DNA of 64,000 nucleotides from Alphaproteobacteria bacterium (GTDB lineage Bacteria; Pseudomonadota; Alphaproteobacteria; RF32; CAG-239): NCBI GenBank assembly GCA_045597005.1, contig JAZODJ010000009.1, positions 6,348 to 70,347 of the forward strand, read 5' to 3'. Shown piece by piece: positions 8,522 to 17,319 of this stretch (position 1 is its first letter; each line of letters starts with the position of its first letter). The notes under the pieces were generated by a model. It saw only the letters and a program-made list of their open reading frames with translations, ran no database searches and was not told where the DNA came from. The position numbers and the translations under genes were made by a program.

Positions 8522-10579
8522 ATGTCAGAATCAGAGTACAAAATGACCTCAGTCGCTGAAGAAAAAATAGGGATTGAAAATGTTACCAAAAGAGATGGTA
8601 CCTTAGCTCCGTTTGATAGCTCTAAAATATACAATGCTATTAAAAAAGCCGGCACCACAACAAAAGAATTTGGAGAAGAAGAAAGTTGGTTGCTTACGGC
8701 CCAAGTTTTGAAAGTATTAAAACATAAATTTGCAGAAATTTTACCGTCGATTGAACAAATCCAAGATGTGGTAGAACAGGTTTTGATTTCCGCAAACTAT
8801 TTTGTTACTGCTAAGGCTTATATTTTGTACCGAGATCAGCGTCAGCGCGCTCGTCAGGATCACAAGATTATGGTCGATGTAGAAAGCTCTGTTAATGAGT
8901 ATTTGGAAAAATTAGACTGGCGTATTAATGAAAACGCAAATCAAGGTTATTCAAATGGCGGATTGATTCTGAACGTATCCGGTAAAGTTACAGCTAACTA
9001 TTGGCTCAGCCATATTTATCCTGCGGCTGTCGGCGAGGCTCATCGCAACGGTGATATTCATATTCATGATTTGAGTATGTTGGCTGCATATTGTGCCGGT
9101 TGGTCTTTGAAAAATCTTCTTCACGAAGGCTTTAACGGTGTTGCCGGTAAAGCTGAAGCCGGTCCGGCAAAACATCTTTCTGCCGCCGTGGGACAAATGG
9201 TCAATTTTATGGGAACGTTGCAGAATGAATGGGCCGGCGCTCAAGCGTTTTCATCAGTAGATACCTACTTAGCTCCATACATCAGAAAAGATGGTCTTAC
9301 ATACAAACAAGTATATCAATGCATGCAAGAACTTATCTACAACTTGAATGTTCCTTCACGTTGGGGATCTCAGACACCATTTACTAACTTTACATTTGAT
9401 TGGGTATGTCCGGAAGATTTGCGCGAAACTCATCCTATTATTGCCGGTGTTGAACAAGAATTTACATATGGCGAACTTCAAGAAGAAATGCATATGATAA
9501 ACAAAGCATACATTGAAGTTATGATGAAAGGTGATATTAAAGGTCGCCCGTTTACATTCCCGATTCCGACATACAATATGACACCGGACTTCCCGTGGGA
9601 AGATGAAAACACCGAATTGTTGTTTGAGATGACCGCTAAATATGGTTTGCCTTACTTCCAAAATTTCATCAATTCAGTATTAAAACCGGGACAAATCCGC
9701 TCGATGTGTTGCCGGTTGCAACTTGACTTGCGCGAATTGTTAGCTCGCGGAAATGGTTTGTTCGGTTCAGCTGAACAGACCGGATCTATCGGAGTGGTTA
9801 CCTTTAACTGCGCTCGCTTAGGCTATGTTTATAAAGGCGATGAAGCTGGTTTATACGCCCGTGTTGATGAGTTATTGGAACTTTCTAAAACTTCACTCGA
9901 AATTAAACGTAAATTGATTCAACGTTTAATTGATGGTGGTTTGTTCCCATTCACCAAACGTTACTTGGGAACGCTTCGCAATCACTTCTCTACCATTGGT
10001 GTTAATGGTATCAATGAAATGATCAGAAACTTTACCAATGATGAGCATTCAATAGCTGATCAATGGGGACAAGAATTTGCTATTAAGTTCTTGGATTATA
10101 TCCGCGAAAAATTAATCAAAATTCAAGAAGAAACAGGTCATATGTACAATCTTGAAGCCACTCCGGCCGAAGGTGCTACAACCCGTTTCGCTCGCGAAGA
10201 TAAAAAACGCTATGTTGATATTATCCAAGCCGGAACCAAAGAGAATCCGTTCTATACCAACTCATCACAATTGCCGGTTGGATACACGGATGATCCTTTT
10301 GAAGCACTTGATTTGCAGTCTACATTGCAGACCAAATATACAGGTGGAACAGTTTTGCACTTGTATATGGGACAACGCATTTCATCTGCTAAAGTTTGCC
10401 GTGACATTGTAAAACGTGTTCTGACAAACTATCGTTTGCCGTACATTACCATAACTCCTACTTTTTCCATTTGTCCGAAACATGGATATATTTCAGGAGA
10501 ACACAAGTACTGCCCAATCTGCGATGAGGAGAAAAAGGCAGCCAAGAGAGCCGCAGCATCAAGAAAAGATGTTGCATAA
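8522..10579 (+). CDS. nrdD: Class III (anaerobic) ribonucleotide reductase large subunit with ATP cone, lacking C-terminal glycyl-radical motif
   Basis: VTKRDG ATP cone, HIHDL, YC, SMCCRL, LEATPAEG, CPKHG..CPIC zinc site; no RVxGY at C-terminus. Confidence 0.93.
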   Translation: MSESEYKMTSVAEEKIGIENVTKRDGTLAPFDSSKIYNAIKKAGTTTKEFGEEESWLLTAQVLKVLKHKFAEILPSIEQIQDVVEQVLISANYFVTAKAYILYRDQRQRARQDHKIMVDVESSVNEYLEKLDWRINENANQGYSNGGLILNVSGKVTANYWLSHIYPAAVGEAHRNGDIHIHDLSMLAAYCAGWSLKNLLHEGFNGVAGKAEAGPAKHLSAAVGQMVNFMGTLQNEWAGAQAFSSVDTYLAPYIRKDGLTYKQVYQCMQELIYNLNVPSRWGSQTPFTNFTFDWVCPEDLRETHPIIAGVEQEFTYGELQEEMHMINKAYIEVMMKGDIKGRPFTFPIPTYNMTPDFPWEDENTELLFEMTAKYGLPYFQNFINSVLKPGQIRSMCCRLQLDLRELLARGNGLFGSAEQTGSIGVVTFNCARLGYVYKGDEAGLYARVDELLELSKTSLEIKRKLIQRLIDGGLFPFTKRYLGTLRNHFSTIGVNGINEMIRNFTNDEHSIADQWGQEFAIKFLDYIREKLIKIQEETGHMYNLEATPAEGATTRFAREDKKRYVDIIQAGTKENPFYTNSSQLPVGYTDDPFEALDLQSTLQTKYTGGTVLHLYMGQRISSAKVCRDIVKRVLTNYRLPYITITPTFSICPKHGYISGEHKYCPICDEEKKAAKRAAASRKDVA

Positions 10580-10603
10580 AGTTAATTTTTTATAGAAAGA
10601 AAT

Positions 10604-10834
10604 ATGGAGAAAAAAATGACCACTGTTAATTTTGAAGATATCAAACTTGCAGATGAAGAAAGACAGCCTTGTGAAGTATGGACACGTGTTATGGGATATT
10701 TGCGCCCATATTCAGAATTCAATGTAGGCAAAAAATCGGAATTTCGCTCTCGTGTAAACTTTTCTGAATTAAAAGCAATTGACGGTTGCGCTTGTCATGC
10801 AGAAGACAATGCGTATGCAATTGCAGCAGAATAA
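10604..10834 (+). CDS. Stand-alone NrdD glycyl-radical domain
   Basis: CEVWTRVMGYLRP..FNVGKKSEF..R motif; 24 bp after nrdD stop. Confidence 0.88.
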   Translation: MEKKMTTVNFEDIKLADEERQPCEVWTRVMGYLRPYSEFNVGKKSEFRSRVNFSELKAIDGCACHAEDNAYAIAAE

Positions 10835-10847
10835 TTGAGCATTATAT

Positions 10848-11546
10848 ATGTCTGAAATTGTAGTTGGCGGCGTTGAGAAATTCAGCGCCGTTGATTTTCC
10901 GGGGGTATTAACGGCTGTTGTATTTATGCAGGGATGTCCTTGGATGTGTCCTTTTTGCCACAATGCATCTATCCGCTCGATATTAAAAGAAAATGATTTC
11001 TCTTGGGATTTATTTGTTGATTTTTTGAAAAGTCGAGTTGGTAAACTTGATGCTGTAACTTTTTCCGGAGGAGAGCCGTTGGTTCAAGATGGCCTTTATG
11101 ATGCAATTAAACAAGTTAAAGATTTGGGATTTAAAATAGGACTTCATACCGGCGGATATCGTCCCGAGCATTTAGCAAAAGTTTTACCTCTGGTTGATTG
11201 GGTCGGATTAGATATTAAGGCTCCGTTTGATGTAGATCATTATCAAAAAATAACAGGAGTGGACCATTTAAAACGAGTTGAACAAAGTTTAAGCTTGTTA
11301 TTAGAAAGCAATGTTGCTTTTGAATGTCGAACAACATGCGATCCACGGTTTTTAAATTCGCAAGATTTATTATGTATTGCAAAATCTCTCAAAGAAAAGG
11401 GAGTAAAGAAATACTTTTTACAAAAATATCGTCCTATAGAAAGTGATAAAGAAACAAGCGATTATGCTTGTGAAAATATTTTTAACAACAATGAATTAAT
11501 AGAGTATTTAAAGACAAATTTTACTGATTTTGAGATAAGACGATAA
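10848..11546 (+). CDS. nrdG: Anaerobic RNR activating enzyme (radical SAM)
   Basis: CPWMCPFCHN CxxxCxxC, TFSGGEP, operon with nrdD. Confidence 0.9.
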   Translation: MSEIVVGGVEKFSAVDFPGVLTAVVFMQGCPWMCPFCHNASIRSILKENDFSWDLFVDFLKSRVGKLDAVTFSGGEPLVQDGLYDAIKQVKDLGFKIGLHTGGYRPEHLAKVLPLVDWVGLDIKAPFDVDHYQKITGVDHLKRVEQSLSLLLESNVAFECRTTCDPRFLNSQDLLCIAKSLKEKGVKKYFLQKYRPIESDKETSDYACENIFNNNELIEYLKTNFTDFEIRR

Positions 11547-11558
11547 TCTATTGCTGCT

Positions 11559-11600
11559 AATAATAAAAAAGCGTATTAATAAATACGCTTTTTTATTATT
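11559..11600. terminator. Bidirectional terminator between nrdG and ctrA
   Basis: Perfect 19-bp inverted repeat with A/T tails between convergent genes. Confidence 0.8.
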
Positions 11601-11614
11601 TAATATATTAAAGA

Positions 11615-12304
11615 TTATTCCTTTTTCTCATCCGGATCACGCAGAACGTATCCGCGTCCCCAAACTGTTTCGATATAATTTTTACCGCCGGAAGCCTTTT
11701 CCAACTTTTTGCGTAGTTTGCAAATAAATACGTCAATAATTTTCAATTCAGGCTCATCAATGCCGCCATATAAATGATTTAAGAATTGATCCTTATTAAG
11801 AGTAGACCCCTTACGCAAAGACAATAATTCCATAATTCCGTATTCTTTTCCTGTGAGGTGTAAAGCTTTTCCGCAAACTGAAACCGTCTGTGTATCCAAA
11901 TTAACTTCAACATCTCCGGTATTTATAATTGATTCGGAATGTCCTTTTGAACGACGAACAACGGCATGGATACGTGCCAATAATTCACTCTTGTCAAAAG
12001 GTTTTGTTAAGTAGTCATCAGCTCCATATCCCAAACCTTTAACTTTTTTATCAGGTTCGCTCAAACCTGACAAAATTAAAACAGGAGTATTTACTTTTGA
12101 TGCACGCAAATTGCGCAAAACCTCATAACCATTCATATCAGGCAACATCAAATCAAGGATGATAATGTCATAATCATAAAGTTTGCCAATCTCGAATCCT
12201 TCCTCGCCCAAATCGGTAGTATCAACTATCATACCTTCTTTTTTAAGCATGGTTTCAATACTTTGCGAGATTGCAAAATCATCTTCTACCAATAAAACAC
12301 GCAT
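11615..12304 (-). CDS. ctrA: Cell-cycle response regulator CtrA
   Basis: [82 protein letters not shown]. Confidence 0.95.
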   Translation of the reverse strand: MRVLLVEDDFAISQSIETMLKKEGMIVDTTDLGEEGFEIGKLYDYDIIILDLMLPDMNGYEVLRNLRASKVNTPVLILSGLSEPDKKVKGLGYGADDYLTKPFDKSELLARIHAVVRRSKGHSESIINTGDVEVNLDTQTVSVCGKALHLTGKEYGIMELLSLRKGSTLNKDQFLNHLYGGIDEPELKIIDVFICKLRKKLEKASGGKNYIETVWGRGYVLRDPDEKKE

Positions 12305-12501
12305 TCCGCTACATCCTTCTCTAAAAAAAACTTACTAAGTAATTTTACTATATAGCGATAAATTATATTTGTTTAGTTTTGTTAATAATTATTAACAGCT
12401 TTTTATTATACGATGTTTTAGGTGTTGATAACCTTGATATTATTGGTACAAAGAAAAATATTATAGTATTCTTTAGCTGGTTTAGCGAAAAAAGGAAAAG
12501 T

Positions 12502-13842
12502 ATGGGCGAGTTTACCGATAACATCATTCAGTCTATAGAAAAAATTGACGTTGCATCTTACTATGGTCGAGTAAGCGGGGTGCAGGGTTTGTTTGTTGAG
12601 GTAAACGGAATACAAAGCAGCTTAGCCATAGGTGACAGATGTAATGTTATCAATAATCGAAATGAAAGAGTTTCGTGCGAGATTGTAAGTTTTAAAGATG
12701 ATAAAATTTTGCTTATGCCTTATGGTTCGATGGATGGTATAGGCATTAATTGTTTAGTCGAAGTTGTTGATGCAAAACCCGTAATATATCCGCATCCCTC
12801 TTGGTTGGGGCGTATTGTTAATGCTTTTGGCGAAGCAATAGACGGTAAAGGTCCTCTTATAAAAGGCAGCAAACCCTATTTTATAAAATCATCTCCGCCA
12901 CCGGCTCAGTTTCGTGACAGAGTCAGTGGTAAGGTTGATTTGGGGATAAAAGCAGTTAATGCGTTTTTAACAATCTGCAAAGGACAACGTATGGGTATTT
13001 TTGCCGGCTCAGGTGTCGGTAAATCAACACTAATGTCAATGATGGCTCGCCATACTGATTCGGATATATCCGTAATAGGCTTAATCGGTGAACGCGGACG
13101 TGAAGCTAAAGAATTTGTTGAAGATGTTTTAGGTGCCGAAGGTCTTAAAAAATCAGTTCTGGTTTTAGCTACATCAGATGAAAGTCCCTTGCTTAGACGT
13201 CAAGCCGCATATGTTGCAATGGCAATTTCAGAATATTTTCGTGACGAAAATAAGAATGTTTTATGTATGATGGATTCTATAACTCGTTTTGCCATGGCTC
13301 AACGAGAAATATCACTTTCGGTAGGAGAACCTCCGGCATCAAAAGGATATACTCCGAGTGTGTTTGCTGAACTTCCTCGTCTTTTAGAACGTGCAGGTCC
13401 AGGTTCCGGCAACGGAACAATTACAGGGTTGTTTACGGTTTTAGTTGATGGTGATGATCACAATGAGCCTGTTGCTGATGCTGTAAGGTCAATTCTTGAC
13501 GGACATATTGTGCTTGATCGTTCTATTGCCGAACGAAATCGATATCCTGCGATTAATATTTTGCGCTCTATTTCCAGAACAATGCCCGATTGTGATACAA
13601 AAGAAGAAGCGGAACTGGTTTCCAAAGCCCGAAAATATATATCTTCTTACGAAGATATGGCAGAACTGATACGTTTGGGTGCGTATAAAAAAGGGTCTAA
13701 TCGCGAAGTTGATGAAGCAATTTTTTACTATCCGATGATTGAAGACTTTTTATCGCAAAGCAAACAAGACAAATTTTCTCTGGAACAGTGTTACGAAATG
13801 TTGGAAGCAATTTTAGCTACTCCATATATTCCAGAACAATAG
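12502..13842 (+). CDS. fliI: Flagellar export ATPase FliI
   Basis: GQRMGIFAGSGVGKST Walker A, MDSITRFAMAQREI, GEPP..KGY; ATG 12502 behind aaagga preferred over 12379. Confidence 0.93.
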   Translation: MGEFTDNIIQSIEKIDVASYYGRVSGVQGLFVEVNGIQSSLAIGDRCNVINNRNERVSCEIVSFKDDKILLMPYGSMDGIGINCLVEVVDAKPVIYPHPSWLGRIVNAFGEAIDGKGPLIKGSKPYFIKSSPPPAQFRDRVSGKVDLGIKAVNAFLTICKGQRMGIFAGSGVGKSTLMSMMARHTDSDISVIGLIGERGREAKEFVEDVLGAEGLKKSVLVLATSDESPLLRRQAAYVAMAISEYFRDENKNVLCMMDSITRFAMAQREISLSVGEPPASKGYTPSVFAELPRLLERAGPGSGNGTITGLFTVLVDGDDHNEPVADAVRSILDGHIVLDRSIAERNRYPAINILRSISRTMPDCDTKEEAELVSKARKYISSYEDMAELIRLGAYKKGSNREVDEAIFYYPMIEDFLSQSKQDKFSLEQCYEMLEAILATPYIPEQ

Positions 13843-13851
13843 GAACGATAG

Positions 13852-14271
13852 ATGCGGAATTCTCTTAAAACACTTGAAAGAATTAAAAAATTTGAACTCG
13901 ACGAACAGCGAAGATTACTTGTTATAGAACAAGAACTTGAAGAAAGTTTGCAAAATAAACTCAACAACCTTATATCAAGTTATGAAAAAGAAAAAAAATT
14001 TGTTTCAGAAAATCCGGGAATTTGCGATTTCGGTCTTTATACGGAGCAATATTTAAAAAAACGCCAAAAAATTGAAACACAGATCAAAGAGGTACAGATA
14101 AAAATAGAACAGATTCGTGATGTAATGTCTGATATGTTCAAAGAACAAAAAACGTATGAGATGATTGATAAAAATCGACGCAAAGCAAAACAAAAGGAAT
14201 TTGAAGCACAAGAGCAAAAGATGCTTGATGAAATAGGAACTAATACTTATATCAAAAAGCATCCTCAGTAA
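13852..14271 (+). CDS. fliJ: Flagellar FliJ family protein
   Basis: Coiled-coil ~140 aa directly after fliI; LDEQRR start, QK.LDEIG end. Confidence 0.8.
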   Translation: MRNSLKTLERIKKFELDEQRRLLVIEQELEESLQNKLNNLISSYEKEKKFVSENPGICDFGLYTEQYLKKRQKIETQIKEVQIKIEQIRDVMSDMFKEQKTYEMIDKNRRKAKQKEFEAQEQKMLDEIGTNTYIKKHPQ

Positions 14272-14289
14272 ACAATTTGGAGAAATAAA

Positions 14290-14859
14290 ATGTTTGAAAT
14301 GAAAGAATTACCGTTTGAATTTTCCGCACTTGAGCCTTACATGTCATCAAAAACATTGCAGTTTCATTACGGAAAACACTATAAAGCATATCTAGATAAA
14401 TTAAACGAGCTTATTCAAGATACCGATTATGCAGATATGCCGTTAGAAAAAATTATCAAAGAAAGTTATTTTCGTCCTACCGATAAGGCAATTTATAATA
14501 ATGCCGGACAAGTTTGGAATCATCAGTTTTTTTGGAATTCATTATCTGACAGCGGAGCTATTCTTCCTCCGACAAAATTTTTAAAACAAATTGAAGATGC
14601 CTTTGGTTCATATGACAATTTTAAGAAAGATTTTAAGGCAAAAGCATTAGCTCAGTTCGGCAGCGGATGGTGTTGGGTTGTTCAAAAGGAAGGGAAATTG
14701 AATATTGTCACAACATCCAATGCCGACAGTCCCATATCTCTCAATCTCGGTCAACCATTAGTTTGTTTAGATGTTTGGGAACACGCTTATTATCTTGATT
14801 ATCAAAATCGTCGTGCTGATTTTATAGATGCTTTTCTCAATCATCTGATAAAGTGGTAA
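14290..14859 (+). CDS. sodB: Fe/Mn superoxide dismutase
   Basis: LEPYMS..TLQFHYGKHY, NNAGQVWNHQFFW, FGSGWCW, DVWEHAYY. Confidence 0.92.
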   Translation: MFEMKELPFEFSALEPYMSSKTLQFHYGKHYKAYLDKLNELIQDTDYADMPLEKIIKESYFRPTDKAIYNNAGQVWNHQFFWNSLSDSGAILPPTKFLKQIEDAFGSYDNFKKDFKAKALAQFGSGWCWVVQKEGKLNIVTTSNADSPISLNLGQPLVCLDVWEHAYYLDYQNRRADFIDAFLNHLIKW

Positions 14860-14918
14860 TTAAACAAAACTTAAACCTTTTATCCTACAATCGCCTCTAA
14901 GGTACGCGTATATCATTA

Positions 14919-14947
14919 TTGACAAATTTTGTCCAAAATGGTATTAT
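14919..14947 (+). promoter_or_regulatory. Sigma70-type promoter
   Basis: TTGACA-17 nt-TATTAT. Confidence 0.7.
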
Positions 14948-14980
14948 GTAAGCAATGATAAATTTTTAGGAGCTAGATAC

Positions 14981-15568
14981 ATGGAAACCAAACAAGCCTT
15001 AAATCAAAATGGCTGTATCCGCATAAAAAATATGAGCTTTACTATTACTACAAATAAAGAAGAGCATACACTCCCTCGTATTCCTGGTTTTTTACCGCGA
15101 AATGATGATATTATGTATCTTTATAATGAAGACAGAGTTACAGATAAAGGTAAAACCGAAAAATTAACTCTTTATTCTATTGAAGATAAAAATGGCGATT
15201 TGCAGGCATTTTATACTCGGCATGAAAATGGTGATATGGAATGTCGTTATAAGGGAGAAACATATATTATTTCGTCTAGGGAATTAGATGAAATTAAAAA
15301 GAAAGATAGTGGTTCTTTGGAGGCAATGCATCGTTTTGATGGTAAAATAGATTTAGAGCCAACATTCTATCCATCAGGTAAAACATTAGCTCTTATTGGT
15401 GGAGGAGCCGTAGCAGCTTCCATGTTAACGGGTGTTGGCGAGCCAGCTTTGTTAGGATTGTTAGGTAGTGGAGCAATATCATTTGAAAAGCTTAAGGCAT
15501 ATTTTCCCAAAGGAAATAATAAAGGAACTGTAAATTTAAATATTAAAGATCGTAGGGATGGGCGATAA
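14981..15568 (+). CDS. Hypothetical protein with C-terminal Gly-rich hydrophobic segment
   Basis: RBS aggag; stop overlaps next start (TAATG). Confidence 0.75.
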   Translation: METKQALNQNGCIRIKNMSFTITTNKEEHTLPRIPGFLPRNDDIMYLYNEDRVTDKGKTEKLTLYSIEDKNGDLQAFYTRHENGDMECRYKGETYIISSRELDEIKKKDSGSLEAMHRFDGKIDLEPTFYPSGKTLALIGGGAVAASMLTGVGEPALLGLLGSGAISFEKLKAYFPKGNNKGTVNLNIKDRRDGR

Positions 15569-15918
15569 TGGCAAAGTACGAAACAGAAAAACAATATTTT
15601 GTTGCAGAAAACACAACAGGTGAACTCTATATTTATATTGGAGCCAAAAAAGATACTCCGGTTCATCCTCAGATAATATATGATGGTTTTGATCACGCTC
15701 TTTTTGTTCGTAATGATGATCAGAAAATAATACTTGATTACATCAATCCCGAAGTGCGTAATAAGTTGCGCAAAGCTCGTGCAGTCATAATCGTTGAAAC
15801 TGTTATGGAAAATATCAAAGAGGCCTACATTGCCGATATGAATATTGTTGATAAAATTCCGGTTGATTGGACGCAAATAGGTCTTAAGACTTGGGAAGAG
15901 GCTGCTCTAAAACAATAA
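15568..15918 (+). CDS. Hypothetical protein, paralog of 48354..48662
   Basis: PQIIYDGFDHALFVRNDD..IILDYI..EVR..L motif shared with the paralog. Confidence 0.8.
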   Translation: MAKYETEKQYFVAENTTGELYIYIGAKKDTPVHPQIIYDGFDHALFVRNDDQKIILDYINPEVRNKLRKARAVIIVETVMENIKEAYIADMNIVDKIPVDWTQIGLKTWEEAALKQ

Positions 15919-15920
15919 AT

Positions 15921-15960
15921 AAAATCCCCTTTAGAAGAAAAACTTCAAAGGGGATTTTTT
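15921..15960. terminator. Bidirectional terminator
   Basis: aaaatcccct/aggggatttt stem between convergent genes. Confidence 0.7.
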
Positions 15961-17310
15961 TTAATCTTTATCAGCATAAGGATTGCCCGTTTTTCTTACC
16001 GTCATTCTTATAGGAATACCACCCAAATCAAAAGTATCACGTAAATTATTAATCAAATAACGCAAATAAGAATCTGACAAACCTTCAGGATTACTTGAAA
16101 ATATATAAAATGCCGGCGGCCGTGATTTGGCTTGAGTAATATACCGCAATTTAATCCGGCGTTTATTTTTTCCCAACGGGGGAGGATTATTATCCAGTAT
16201 ATCGGCAAACCACTGATTCAAAGGAGAGGTCGGAATTCTTTTATTCCATCTGTCATAAATCTTAAATACGGCACGCATTAATTTATCAAGATTTTCTTTT
16301 TTTAAGGCTGAAATTGTAACAGTAGGAATTCCTTCAGCTTGTGTTAAAGAGGTTCGCAATTTATAATTAAGTTTATCCAAAACTTCTTTTCTGTTTGCTA
16401 TATCCCATTTATTTACGGCAATAACCAAAGCTCTTCCTTCATCCAAAACCTGTCTGGCGATTGTCAAATCTTGTTTATCAAGCACGCCGTCAGCATCCAG
16501 AACCAAAACTACTACTTGTGCCATAAAAGCAGCATGTTTTGTTGCTGCTGCAGACATTTTTTCTAAACCGTTTGCAACTTTTGCCTGTTTTCTTAAACCC
16601 GCAGTATCGACCAGATTTATTTTTCGCCCCATATATTCCCATTCATTAGTAATAGCATCTCTGGTAACACCGGCTTCCGGTCCTGTTAACATTCTTTCAT
16701 CATTAAGTAATGCATTAACTAATGTAGATTTTCCCACGTTTGGTCGTCCGACAATTGCCAGTTGAATGGGCTTTTGTTTATTTTCATCTTCATACACGTT
16801 TGTTTCCGGTTCAATATTTTGCGTTTCATTAAGCAATGCTTCATACAAATCCTGGATTCCCAAACCGTGTTCAGCAGAAAAAGCAATAGGTTGTCCCAGT
16901 CCTAATTTATAAGCTTCATAAATGCTATCTTCCTGTTGTTTTCCTTCGCACTTATTCGCTAATAATACAACCGGTTTATGTGTTTGCCTTACCAAATCGG
17001 CAAAATGTTCATCATAAGGCTGAATTCCTGCTCTGGCATCAAACAAGAACAACACCACATCAGCATCATTTATAGCTTTTTGTGTTTGTTCCCACATTCT
17101 TTTTTCAATATTATCTTCTTTTGAATATTCATATCCGGCAGTATCAATTATCTCTAATGATAATCCCTGCAATTTAGCCTGAGCCATTTTTCGATCTCTG
17201 GTTACACCTGGCTCATCATGTACAATAGCAATTTTTCTACCGGCAAGGCGATTAAACAATGTCGATTTACCAACATTCGGACGCCCGATTATAGCAACTT
17301 TCAATACCAT
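15961..17310 (-). CDS. der: Ribosome biogenesis GTPase Der
   Basis: Two GRPNVGKST G-domains, DTAG motifs, KH-like C-terminus. Confidence 0.96.
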   Translation of the reverse strand: MVLKVAIIGRPNVGKSTLFNRLAGRKIAIVHDEPGVTRDRKMAQAKLQGLSLEIIDTAGYEYSKEDNIEKRMWEQTQKAINDADVVLFLFDARAGIQPYDEHFADLVRQTHKPVVLLANKCEGKQQEDSIYEAYKLGLGQPIAFSAEHGLGIQDLYEALLNETQNIEPETNVYEDENKQKPIQLAIVGRPNVGKSTLVNALLNDERMLTGPEAGVTRDAITNEWEYMGRKINLVDTAGLRKQAKVANGLEKMSAAATKHAAFMAQVVVLVLDADGVLDKQDLTIARQVLDEGRALVIAVNKWDIANRKEVLDKLNYKLRTSLTQAEGIPTVTISALKKENLDKLMRAVFKIYDRWNKRIPTSPLNQWFADILDNNPPPLGKNKRRIKLRYITQAKSRPPAFYIFSSNPEGLSDSYLRYLINNLRDTFDLGGIPIRMTVRKTGNPYADKD

Positions 17311-17319
17311 TTTATTCTC

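Noticed and set aside
15921-15960. Similar aaaatcccct/aggggatttt stems here and at 56416 as a mobile repeat family
   Set aside because: Only about 10 bp shared, loops differ; adequately explained as ordinary bidirectional terminators
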